Positions 1 through 8,919 of a stretch of 64,000 nucleotides of DNA are shown here, one piece after another (position 1 is the stretch's first letter; the number at the start of each line of letters is the position of its first letter). This stretch comes from an uncultured Acidobacteriota bacterium (lineage in GTDB: Bacteria > Acidobacteriota > Vicinamibacteria > Vicinamibacterales > UBA2999), in contig CAWEBF010000033.1 of the NCBI GenBank assembly GCA_963807235.1, positions 56,803 to 120,802 of the forward strand, written 5' to 3'. The notes beneath the pieces were generated by a model. That model had not been told where the DNA came from and made no database searches. It worked only from the letters and a program-made list of their open reading frames with translations. The position numbers were made by a program, and so were the translations under genes.

Positions 1-773
1 GCCAGGCCTTGCGGGCGGCCGAAGGCCGGCGGCAGGGCTTCCACGTTTCCGTGTCGATCCACCTTGTAGACGTGGTCGTACGAGCCCAGTGTGGGGGCAG
101 TGACGAACAGCTCGCTCGTCGGGCTCATGGCCAGGTGAAAGGCGGCCACACTGGGCGGCAGCGTCACAAACGGCACCACCGTGCTATCGCGCACGCGAAA
201 CACGGTGCCGCTGCGGTCGCCCACATACAGCCACCCTTCGTCATCGAACGCCAGCCCGCATGCCACACCCAGGTCGGACGCGACTTGCACCGGCGTACCG
301 GAGGCGTCGATCCGGTAGACGGCGCCGTCGAAACGGCTCGACACGTAAAGCGAGCCATCGGGGCTGTACGCCAGCGACGTCGCGTTCACGATGCCCGACA
401 CGAATGGCTGGCGCGCACCCGAGGGGGTGACGCGAAAGACAGATACGGGCGCTTCCTGTCCCCGCGGTCCGCTGTACGTCACAAGGAGATTGCCGTCCGG
501 ATCGAACACGGGACTGTCCACTTGATGGAGGCCCGTGGCCCAGATGGCGCCGACAATCAGTGGGGCGACCCAACCGGTGCTGCCTCGAACCTCCATCGCG
601 CCGCCGGTCAAACCCGACGGGACGACGAGGACAAGGCGGCGCGGTGACACGAAAACCAGATGGATGGGCGAGCCATCGATGCTGACGTCGCCGGGCGCCA
701 CGGCTTCGAGACCGGAGCCCGACAGCGTGACGCGGGCCCCTTCAACAGCCCGCCCGGGGCTCGCCGCGATCAT
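1..773 (-). CDS. IPT/TIG-like domain + beta-propeller (NHL/SMP-30-like) protein; 3' end lies outside the window
   Basis: Absent from the ORF track because it has no stop in the window. A reverse-strand ATG at 773..771 opens a stop-free frame to position 1. It reads MIAASPGRAVEGARVTLSGSGLEAVAPGDVSIDGSPIHLVFVSPRRLVLVVPSGLTGGAMEV (Ig-like), then blade-like repeats ...SPDGSLYVSSRFDGAVYRID... and ...DDEGWLYVGDRSGTVFRV.... It starts 9 nt after the HNH gene stop. Confidence 0.6.
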   Translation of the reverse strand, partial: MIAASPGRAVEGARVTLSGSGLEAVAPGDVSIDGSPIHLVFVSPRRLVLVVPSGLTGGAMEVRGSTGWVAPLIVGAIWATGLHQVDSPVFDPDGNLLVTYSGPRGQEAPVSVFRVTPSGARQPFVSGIVNATSLAYSPDGSLYVSSRFDGAVYRIDASGTPVQVASDLGVACGLAFDDEGWLYVGDRSGTVFRVRDSTVVPFVTLPPSVAAFHLAMSPTSELFVTAPTLGSYDHVYKVDRHGNVEALPPAFGRPQGL

Positions 774-782
774 CAGGCCGCC

Positions 783-1334
783 TTACTTCTCGTCCGATTC
801 GTCGTCGAGCTCGACGTTCCAGTACAGGTAGTCGCGCCAGCTCTCGGGCGCGTTGCGCATGCCGATGCCGATGGTGAGGCGAATGGCAGGGGCGGAATCC
901 GGGCGCCGGGGCGAGCGCATCAGCCGCATGCCGGCTTCCGCGGGCGTGCGTCCGCCCTTGCGCCGGTTGCAGTTGATGCAGCACGTGACGATGTTCTCCC
1001 AGTCCTTGCGACCACCGTGCGCCACGGGCACGACATGGTCGAACGTCAGGTCCATAGTCTGAAACGCCTGGCGGCAATACTGGCAAGTGTGGCTGTCGCG
1101 CGCGTAGATATTTGCGCGGGAGAAGGGGACGTAGTCGAAGCGACGGCGAATCCTCACGAACCGGAGCAGCCGAATCACCGAAGGCAGCTTGAAGCTGACG
1201 GACACCGCCCTAATCTCGCGGTCGTGGACCGCGATCACCTCCACCTTTCCCTGGCACCAGAGCGTAATCGCCTTCTGCCAGTTGACGACCTTCAGAGGCT
1301 CGTAGGACGCGTTGAGGAGGAGCGTTTGCTCCAT
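783..1334 (-). CDS. HNH endonuclease (McrA-like)
   Basis: ORF 783..1370. The likely start is the internal ATG at 1334 (MEQTLLLNASYEPL). HNH/zinc motifs are present: CQYC...DHVVPVAHGG...NIVTCCINCNRRKG. Confidence 0.85.
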   Translation of the reverse strand: MEQTLLLNASYEPLKVVNWQKAITLWCQGKVEVIAVHDREIRAVSVSFKLPSVIRLLRFVRIRRRFDYVPFSRANIYARDSHTCQYCRQAFQTMDLTFDHVVPVAHGGRKDWENIVTCCINCNRRKGGRTPAEAGMRLMRSPRRPDSAPAIRLTIGIGMRNAPESWRDYLYWNVELDDESDEK

Positions 1335-1431
1335 AGCCGGATGATGCGGTGCGCGGCTCCACCGTGTCAAGCCGACCTGTTACCATAACGTCTAACGAAC
1401 GCAGTGGGTTACGCCGATAGGTGAGACCGCG

Positions 1432-2025
1432 ATGCGCACTCTGACTCTTCTGGTGGTGTCCTGCCTGGCCATCGCGGTCGCTGGATGCGCCTCCTCCGGT
1501 GCGGTGCCGCGCCCGTTTCCGGGCGCGCAACCTGCTGCCGTGCGCCCGGCGCCAACCGAGCCGCCCGCGCCGGCTGCGGCAGCGCCGCCGGGATCACCCA
1601 CGGCCGCCGAGCCCCCCGCCGTCGCGACCGCACCGGCCCCGGCCGCGCTACTCGAGACGCCCGGAACCTTGGCTCTGGCGACGGCGCTGGATCTGCGGGG
1701 TGTGCCCTACAAGATCGGTGGCAGCGATCCGTCGGGTTTCGACTGCAGCGGGCTGGTGCAGTACGTGTTCGCGCGTCAGGGGATCGCGCTGCCCCGCGAC
1801 GTGCGGCGGCAATACCAGGTCGGCTACGAAATCGACGCCGGCAATCTGCGCCCCGGGGACCTGCTGTTCTTCAACACCGAATCGGACGGTGCCTCGCACG
1901 TGGCCATCGCGTTGGACGGAGAATCGTTCGTGCACGCCCCCAACTCCAGGGGCGTCGTGCGGGTCGAGCGACTGTCGTCGAGCTACTGGTCGCGCCGGCT
2001 GCTTGGCGCGCGCCGCATCGAATAG
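1432..2025 (+). CDS. C40 (NlpC/P60) family peptidoglycan peptidase, lipoprotein
   Basis: Signal peptide with lipobox LAIAVAGC and a Pro/Ala linker. The catalytic core reads PYKIGGSDPSGFDCSGLVQYVF...ASHVAIALDGESFVHAP. Confidence 0.9.
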   Translation: MRTLTLLVVSCLAIAVAGCASSGAVPRPFPGAQPAAVRPAPTEPPAPAAAAPPGSPTAAEPPAVATAPAPAALLETPGTLALATALDLRGVPYKIGGSDPSGFDCSGLVQYVFARQGIALPRDVRRQYQVGYEIDAGNLRPGDLLFFNTESDGASHVAIALDGESFVHAPNSRGVVRVERLSSSYWSRRLLGARRIE

Positions 2026-2035
2026 CCCGCCGAAC

Positions 2036-2260
2036 CTACTGAGCCCGCCGCCGTCTGGCGCGCCACGCCACCAGCGTCAAACCCAAGCCGGTGAGAACCA
2101 GAGCCGCTGGCTCCGGAAGGATCATCACCGGCTGTTCGGCCGCGGGCCCGAACTCCGGCGACCCAAGAATCGGTAAAGCGAAAGCGGCGGGGGGAAACGC
2201 GAGGACAAAACACACGAGCCACACTGACTTGCACATGGGTAATCCAATCGAGGGCTGCAT
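2036..2260 (-). CDS. Very small PEP-CTERM sorting-signal protein
   Basis: ORF 2036..2344. I prefer the ATG at 2260 because GGAGGGG lies 6 nt upstream. It has a signal peptide (WLVCFVLAFPPAAFA) and a C-terminal PEP-CTERM signature: ILPEPAALVLTGLGLTLVAWRARRRR. Confidence 0.6.
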   Translation of the reverse strand: MQPSIGLPMCKSVWLVCFVLAFPPAAFALPILGSPEFGPAAEQPVMILPEPAALVLTGLGLTLVAWRARRRRAQ

Positions 2261-2320
2261 CAGGATCCCCTCCGTGGGCGACTGATCGCCGACGACTGCG
2301 TTCCAAAGGTGTGACTGAAA

Positions 2321-2336
2321 TGCAATTCGTGTTCCG
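2321..2336 (-). promoter_or_regulatory. Candidate sigma-54 (-24/-12) promoter for the small PEP-CTERM gene
   Basis: The minus strand reads CGGAAC-acgaa-TTGCA, against consensus TGGCAC-N5-TTGCW. The GG and TTGCA elements are correctly spaced. It lies about 60-85 nt upstream of the candidate start codons. Confidence 0.35.
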
Positions 2337-2471
2337 AGCAGCATGTCAGCGGGACACGGGCAAACCGTCGGGTGGCGGCAGCCGCTCGCCGCAGACAGAA
2401 CTCGAGTAGGAATCCCACTACCGAGCGCCGTTCACGACGCCCCGAAGATGGGTAGACCGACGCAACCCGGT

Positions 2472-3347
2472 TCAGGGCTGAGGCGATTCAGAAGGCGTAG
2501 GACTTACACCCTGGTCCGGGACCGGGTCGGCAGCGGGCTCCTGGCCCGCGTCGGCAGGCGGAGCGTCCTCGAGTTCTGGCGGCAGCGGTTCTTCCGTAAT
2601 GGGTATGGGCGTGGGCGGCGGCACCGGTGGCTCCACGCTGCCCATGCGGGCCAGGATGATCTGCTGCCGGCGCAGCAGCCGCGTGGGGGGACGCCCTGGG
2701 CTGTAGCGAATCGGGTTGATCAAGGCGCCGGCCAGGAGCGCCGCCTGCGCGGGGGTCAGCGATGCCGCCGAGACGCCGAAGTACTGGCGCGCAGCCGCTT
2801 CGGCGCCCCAGATGCCATCGCCCCACTCCACGACGTTCAGGTAGATCTCCAGGATGCGCGCCTTGGGCAGCGCGGCTTCGAGCCGGCGCGTGATGATGAG
2901 CTCCTTCACCTTGCGGAGCGGATCGCGCGACGGCGACAGATAGAGGTTCTTCGCCAGCTGCTGTGTAATCGTGCTGGCGCCGCGGGGCACGTCGCCGCGC
3001 TCGATGGCCTTTTCGATCGAGACCTTGATCTGCTCGATGTCGATGCCTTCGTGATCCCAGAACGCGCTGTCCTCGGCCACCAGCACCGCGCGCTTCAGGT
3101 GCGGCGAAATGCGTCGGTACGGCACCCACTGATAGATGCGACGGACCTTCCGCCCTTCGGCTTCCGCCTCGGCGGCGCGCAGCTCCATGAACGCCGTCGT
3201 GGGGGGATTGGATGTGGCCAGCAGGCGCACGTCAGGCAGCATCAGGTACACCACCACCACGGCGGTGAACGCCAACGCCCCGACCACGGCGGCGCCCTTG
3301 CCCCACCACCCCTTCGCGCGCGATCGCCGTCCCCCGCTGTAGCCCAT
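2472..3347 (-). CDS. mtgA: Monofunctional biosynthetic peptidoglycan transglycosylase (GT51)
   Basis: ORF 2472..3404; the start MGYSGG at 3347 abuts the upstream stop. GT51 motifs are present: VLVAEDSAFWDHEGID, GASTITQQLAKN, RKVKELIITRRLE. It has one TM helix and a Pro-rich tail. Confidence 0.9.
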   Translation of the reverse strand: MGYSGGRRSRAKGWWGKGAAVVGALAFTAVVVVYLMLPDVRLLATSNPPTTAFMELRAAEAEAEGRKVRRIYQWVPYRRISPHLKRAVLVAEDSAFWDHEGIDIEQIKVSIEKAIERGDVPRGASTITQQLAKNLYLSPSRDPLRKVKELIITRRLEAALPKARILEIYLNVVEWGDGIWGAEAAARQYFGVSAASLTPAQAALLAGALINPIRYSPGRPPTRLLRRQQIILARMGSVEPPVPPPTPIPITEEPLPPELEDAPPADAGQEPAADPVPDQGVSPTPSESPQP

Positions 3348-3348
3348 C

Positions 3349-4824
3349 TCAGCCCGCCACCACGATCTTGAGCCGCACGCCGGCGCGAGGCGCCGCGCCG
3401 ACATCGGTGTGGTTCATCGCGGCCAGCGTCAGAGGCGTAATGGCGCCACCTGATCGCTCGGCCAGCGCCGCCCAGGTATCCCCGTCCCGCGCGGTGTAGA
3501 GCTCGATGCGGGCCGGCTTGATCGCCGCCGCCTCGGCCGCCGACAGCGAGCGGAAGCTGCGAAACGTCGTGTCGAAGATGCCGCTGTACTGGTCGAAGGC
3601 CTCTGGGGGCGTCAGCCCGGCAATCACGAACACATTGTCGGCGTAGCGGATGTGCGCGGCGCGGCTGGCCACCTGACCCAGCCCTTCGATGGCGCCCTGG
3701 TAGGTCCCCACGTAGGCCTCGAAACCGCCGATCGACGTCCGCTCTCCTCGCACGTGAGGCAGTCCGGCCTGTTGCATGCTGGCTACGGCCACGTCCTGAA
3801 TCGAACTCCCTTGCGGCTTTTGGACCAATTGCAGCAGCAGGAACGCGTCGCCCTTCGGCGCCTGCGCCATGACCTGCCGGGCGCTGTTGGCCCCTACCCA
3901 CTGGTTCGGAAAGTCGAGACGGAATCGCAGCGGTGGATGGAGAAACGTCGAGCCTCTAAAGATCCCCTGCTCCGGGTTGTCGCCGTAAATGACGCCCGCC
4001 ATCCGTCCGGTCAGCGCCTCGCGAGCCGTGACGAACGACCCGCCGCCGGCCTTCAACTTGGCGACCGTCGAGGCAATCTCCATCACCCGCGCCAGCGGTT
4101 CAGGATGTGTGGACAAGAAGTTGGGAACACCCTTGCGCTCACCCGACGCCTCGGCCAACCGGCCGAGCGTCGTCAGCATGCCGGGCACGCCGGCCGGGTC
4201 CCACCCGCCCGCGGCTGCATAGCCGGCGCCAAGTTCGTCGGACTGCAGCTCGTCGTCGCGGCCGAACTTGAGAAACAACAAGCCCATGGCCTGCTGCGAG
4301 GCCTCCCCGAACGGTCGCGCGGCCGGCACGAACACGCCGAGCGCCGCGAGGCCGAGTTGTCCGCCCACGGCGCGCGTGTATTGCTGCGCGGAATGCCGCG
4401 CTGTCACGTGTCCGATCTCGTGCCCGAGCACCCCGGCAAGCTCCGCCTCGTCTTCGAGGAACGGCAGGATGCCCCGGGTCAGGTAGATGAAGCCTCCGGG
4501 CAACGCGAACGCATTGATGGCGGGTTGATCCACCACGGTGAACTGCCAGGGGAGGCCGGGCCGCTGCGAGAGCTTGGCCATCCGAAGACCGATGTCGCTC
4601 ACGTAACGCTGGAGCGGCGGGTCGTCGTAGACGCCCATCTCCTGGCGAATCTGCGCGTCGCTGTCCTTGCCGAGGGCAATCTCCTGCGCCTCGCTCATCA
4701 GCGACAGCTGACTGCGCCCGGTGACCGGGTTGGTGGCACAGGCAGGCACGAGCGTCGCAAGAAGCACGACGCCGACAATCGCCACGCGCACCCTGACCGC
4801 GATCATCTTCATTAGCGCGATCAT
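3349..4824 (-). CDS. M48 family metallopeptidase (BepA-like) with C-terminal LysM domain, lipoprotein
   Basis: Lipobox LVPAC and zinc motif VLGHEIGHVTARH. The C-terminal LysM-like segment reads YTARDGDTWAALAERSGGAITPLTLAAMN. Confidence 0.9.
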   Translation of the reverse strand: MIALMKMIAVRVRVAIVGVVLLATLVPACATNPVTGRSQLSLMSEAQEIALGKDSDAQIRQEMGVYDDPPLQRYVSDIGLRMAKLSQRPGLPWQFTVVDQPAINAFALPGGFIYLTRGILPFLEDEAELAGVLGHEIGHVTARHSAQQYTRAVGGQLGLAALGVFVPAARPFGEASQQAMGLLFLKFGRDDELQSDELGAGYAAAGGWDPAGVPGMLTTLGRLAEASGERKGVPNFLSTHPEPLARVMEIASTVAKLKAGGGSFVTAREALTGRMAGVIYGDNPEQGIFRGSTFLHPPLRFRLDFPNQWVGANSARQVMAQAPKGDAFLLLQLVQKPQGSSIQDVAVASMQQAGLPHVRGERTSIGGFEAYVGTYQGAIEGLGQVASRAAHIRYADNVFVIAGLTPPEAFDQYSGIFDTTFRSFRSLSAAEAAAIKPARIELYTARDGDTWAALAERSGGAITPLTLAAMNHTDVGAAPRAGVRLKIVVAG

Positions 4825-4842
4825 CTTCCTTAGATCGTAGCG

Positions 4843-6001
4843 CTATCCTCGGAGCGCCATTTGTGCCGCGGCGACTCCCGCGCCCGGCGGCGCATGGTGC
4901 CCGTTGGCGGCGAGCGCCGACTCCAGCGCGGCCAGAAACTGCAGCAGGGTTTGCGGTGTCGAGCTGGCGCCCATCAGCCCCACGCGCCAGATCTTGCCCG
5001 CCAACGGCCCCAGGCCCGCGCCCACTTCGGTGTTGAACACGGTGAGGAGCGTCTTCCGCACGGCCGCTTCGTCCACGCCCGGCGGTACGCGGACGGTATT
5101 CAGCGTCCACAACCGCTCCCCGGGCGGCGGCAAGAGCGAGAGGTTCATCGCCTCGATGCCAGCTGCGAACGCGCGGTGGTGCCTGCAGTGCCGCTTGTGG
5201 CGGGCCGGCAGGCCTTCTTCCTCGATCATCAGCAACGCCTCGCGCAGCGCGTAGATCATCGTGGATGAGAGCGTGTGGTGGTATTTGCGGCTGCCCCAGT
5301 AGTCATCCAGCAGCTTGAGGTCCAGGTAGAAGCTGCGGCACTTGACCATGCGCGCACGTGCCGGGCCCGATATGGCGATTGGCGACATGCCGGACGGCGC
5401 ACCGATGCACTTCTGGCTGCAGGAGTAGGCGACGTCGATGCCCCACCCGGCGAGGTCCAGCTCGTGACCGCCGAGCGAGGTCACGGCGTCCACTATGGTC
5501 AGTGCGCCGTGGTCGCGCGCGACCGCCGCCAACTCCCTGACCGGGTTCAGCACGCCGGTGGACGTTTCCGCCTGCACCAGGCCAACGACGTCCGCGCCCT
5601 CGCGCTTCAACTCGCTGGCGAGCTGCGCCGGATCGACGGCCCTGCCCCACTCCACGTCGATGCGGCGGACGTCGGCGCCGTAGCGCTCCATGATCTGCGC
5701 CAGCCGATCGCCGAAATAGCCGGTGACGACCACCACGCGCCTTCGTGCCCTCGCCGACGATGTTGGCGACCGCGGCCTCCATGGCCGACGTGCCCGTGCC
5801 GGACGTGGCGATGGTCAGCGCCTGGTCGTCCGCGCGCATGACACGCCGCAGCAGCTCTCGCGTCTCGTCGAGGAGCGGCACGAAATCCGGATCGAGATGG
5901 CCGAGCACGGGCGCGGCCATGGCGCGCATCACGCGCGGGGAGATGAGGCTCGGGCCGGGGCCCAGCAGGATTCGTTCAGTGGATGGGAGCGGCAACGGCA
6001 T
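4843..6001 (-). CDS. Class-V aminotransferase (alanine-glyoxylate/serine-pyruvate type), frame-interrupted in this assembly
   Basis: The N-terminal piece MPLPLPSTERILLGPGPS...ATSGTGTSAMEAAVANIVGEGTKA lies inside ORF 5303..6382. The C-terminal piece VVVTGYFGDRL...YSCSQKCIGAPSGMSPI is ORF 4843..5736. Joining them needs a 1-nt correction near 5737-5745. Confidence 0.8.
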
Positions 6002-6018
6002 GGGTGCGACGGTGAACC

Positions 6019-6977
6019 TCAGTGTCTGAAGGAATCGGTGGATGCAGCGTGTGACAACGCGCCAAGCGCCTCGAGCTGCGTGCGAATGACGTCCACGACG
6101 TCGGGCGATGCCGGACGCAGCGGCGGGCGCGGCGAACCGCCGTGAAAGCCGATGAGATCGAGGGCGGCCTTCAAACCGGCCACGCCGTAGGTGCCGCCGA
6201 TCGAACGCGCGATCGGCGTCAGCCGGCGCTGCAGGTCTCGGGCCTCGTCCAGATTCCCCGGCAAGGACGCTGTCCCGCATGCGGACCAGATCGTCCGGGA
6301 AAAGAGACGCCAGGGCCAGCACGCCGCCGTCGCAGCCAGCGCAGAGCGCATGGAAGAACGTGGTGGCCGAGCCGGCCAGCATCGTGAAGTCCGCCGGGCG
6401 TGCGCGTCACACAATCCGCGATGTAGCCGATGTCGCTGCCCGACTCCTTCATCCCCACGATGTTCGGATGTTCGGAGAGGCGCGCCACACTGTCGACGGG
6501 CAGCGTGACGCCCGTGAACATCGCCACGTTGTAGAGCAGCACCGGCACGGGGGAGGCGTCGGCGACGTCCCGATAGTGACGCTCCAGCACCTCGGCGGTC
6601 ATCTGTGCCTTGAAGAACGACGGGGTGCGCACGAGCACCGCATCGGCGCCACCCTCGGCGGCGCGCTTGCCGGCCTGGATCGTGGCGCGCGTGGACTCTC
6701 GGCCAGTGCCGACGATGAACGTTCGATCGCGCGGCACACCTTCGCGGGCGATCGTCACGACATCGTCGGCCTCGAAGTCGTCCAGCTGGGGGGCCTCCCC
6801 GTTTGACCCCAGCACCACCAGGCCCGTCAGCGGTGTCTGCATCCACCGCGCGATGTTGCGCCGCAACGCCATCTCGTCAACCGTTCCGTCTTCCTGAAAC
6901 GGCGTGGCAATCGGGGTGTGGATGCCCGCGAACGGACGTCGCGGGTTCTGAAGCGGCGAAGACACGTGACTACTCAT
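6019..6977 (-). CDS. DapA (dihydrodipicolinate synthase/N-acetylneuraminate lyase) family aldolase, two frame breaks
   Basis: Three pieces make one protein. MSSHVSS...LYNVAMFTGVTL...IVGMKESGSDIGYIADCV is in ORF 6219..7388. MLAGSATTFFHALCAGCDGGVLALASLFPDDL is the start of ORF 5303..6382. NLDEARDLQRRLTPIARSIGGTYGVAGLKAAL is the end of ORF 6019..6846. The breaks are near 6395 and in the CCCC run at 6256-6259. Its ATGA start overlaps the DppC-like stop. Confidence 0.8.
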
Positions 6978-7941
6978 TGTACAGGGACGCGGCCGCGGCC
7001 CTGGAGCAGCAGGTTCACCCCTACGACGACGATGAAAATCGCGGCGGCTGGCGCGAGCGTCCAGGGTGCGTCGCCGAGCAGCGCGACGTTTGCGGCATCC
7101 TGCAGCAACGTGCCCCAGGTGGGCGTGGTGTCGGGAAAGCCGAGACCCAGGTACGACAGCGTGGCTTCCGCCAGGATGAAGGACGGCATCAGCAGCGTGG
7201 CCTGCGAGGCCACATGGCCGAGGGCAGCCGGCAGAACGTGCACGGTGAGGATGCGCGCCGGGCCGGCCCCCATCGCGCGCGCGGCCTGCACGTAGCTCCC
7301 TGCTGGCCCTCGGACAGCACAATGGCGCGCACGCCGCGCGCCACGATCGGCCACCCGAACAGCGTGAAAATGCCGGCCAGCGCGACAAACGTGGTGGCCG
7401 GCGGCACGATCAAGGGCAGGGCCGCACGCAGCGCCAGCACCACGTAGATCGCGGGGAGCACCAGGATCAGCTCCGAGCTCCGCATGAGCAGCGCGTCCAT
7501 GCGTCCGCCGGCGTAGCCGGCCAGCCCGCCGAGCAGCGTGCCCAGGAGCGTGGCGCCGAGCGTGGACACGATAGCCAGCGCCAGCGTGATGCGCGCCGCG
7601 TGCAGCAGGCGCGAGAACAGATCCCGGCCGAAGCCGTCTGCTCCCAGCACCAGCAAGGGTGCGCCGCCATCGGGATCGGCCGTCACGAGGGTCCGCGATG
7701 TCAGCCATCGCAGCGGCACCACGGCGCCAGGCGTCTCGTCGAACCGCCGCTCGAGCCGGCTGACCACCCGCAAGGGGCGCACGAAGGGCGCGCGCAATCC
7801 GTCGTCGAAGAGGTGAACGACGGTGGGGGGTGCATACAGCAGCGCATCGAACCGCCGGTCCGGCGGGTTGGGCGCCAGCCACGGCGCGCCCAGCGTGACC
7901 AGGGTGACACCGGTGAGGAGGACGGCCCCCAGGCGCCTCAC
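6974..7941 (-). CDS. ABC transporter permease (DppC/OppC-like), one frame break
   Basis: ORF 7189..8037 supplies ...GADGFGRDLFSRLLHAARITLALAIV...WPIVARGVRAIVLSEGQQ. The tail of ORF 6974..8059 supplies SYVQAARAMGAGPARILTVHVLP...AAIFIVVVGVNLL. The break is at the CCC run 7298-7300. The GTG start at 7941 overlaps the upstream stop (GTGA). Confidence 0.8.
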
Positions 7942-8915
7942 ACGCCCGCCTCGGCCACGCGCGGGTCCACGCCGGCGAGCAGCAGATCGCCGACCAGCGA
8001 GCCGACCGCGAGGAAGAGCGACCCCGTGGCCGCGCACCCCGCCACCAGGTAGATATCACGCGCTTTCAGCGCCTCGTACATCAGCTGACCCAGCCCGGGC
8101 CACGACGTCACGTGCTCCACGATGAAGGAGCCCGACAGCAATGCACCCACGGCCACGCCGAACACCGCGCACATCGGCCGCAGGGACACGGGCCAGGCGT
8201 GCCGCCATAACACGTCGGACTCGGAGACGCCCCGCGCCGACGCCGCCGTGAGGAAGGGCTGCCCTGCCACTTCACCCAGGGCCTGCGACTGCAGCCGCTC
8301 GAACACCGCGGCCACCGGCAGCGCCAGGGCCAGCGTCGGCAGCAGCATGTGCCACGCGAGATCGATCAGCCACCCGCCCCAGGTCATGCTGGCCGCGGCC
8401 GTGGACGACATGCCGCCCACGGGAAACCATCCCGTGCGGGCGGCGATCATCACGAGCAGGAGCGATGTGACGAGCGGCGGCACGGACACGAACAGGAGGG
8501 ACATCGCGCGAATCGCCTCGCGCCAGCGCGCGCTGAGGCCGGCGGTTCCCACGCGCCCCGTCGCCACTCCAAAGCCGACGCCCAACAGTGTGGCCACCAG
8601 GAGAGCCGAAACGGCCAGCACCGCCGTGTTCAGCGCGGCGCGCGCCACCAGCCCACGCACCGGCTGGTTGTAGAGGTACGACCGCCCGAAGTCGGCCCGC
8701 ACCGCGCGCGACACCCAAAGCGCCCACTGGGCGCCGATGGAGCGATCCAGATCGAGCTGCGCGCGTACGGCACGCAGGTCGGCGGCGCTGGCCCGAGGAC
8801 CCAGTTCCGCGGTGACGTCCCCCGGTGCAAGGCGGGTCAGCACGAGCGCCGAGGAGGACGAGACGACGACGAGTAGGACGGCGAAGGCTGCGCGGCGAAG
8901 AAAGAACCGCAGCAT
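7938..8915 (-). CDS. ABC transporter permease (DppB/OppB-like)
   Basis: Intact 325-aa ORF with multiple TM helices. It shows the typical N-terminus MLRFFLRRAAFAVLLVVV...LAPGD and an EAA-type loop ...FLTAASARGVSESDVLWRHAW. Confidence 0.9.
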   Translation of the reverse strand: MLRFFLRRAAFAVLLVVVSSSSALVLTRLAPGDVTAELGPRASAADLRAVRAQLDLDRSIGAQWALWVSRAVRADFGRSYLYNQPVRGLVARAALNTAVLAVSALLVATLLGVGFGVATGRVGTAGLSARWREAIRAMSLLFVSVPPLVTSLLLVMIAARTGWFPVGGMSSTAAASMTWGGWLIDLAWHMLLPTLALALPVAAVFERLQSQALGEVAGQPFLTAASARGVSESDVLWRHAWPVSLRPMCAVFGVAVGALLSGSFIVEHVTSWPGLGQLMYEALKARDIYLVAGCAATGSLFLAVGSLVGDLLLAGVDPRVAEAGV

Positions 8916-8919
8916 TCGC

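Noticed and set aside
9-647. 212-aa plus-strand ORF at the left edge.
   Set aside because: The opposite strand encodes a coherent IPT + beta-propeller protein with no stop to the window edge. The plus-strand product is Arg/His-rich nonsense.
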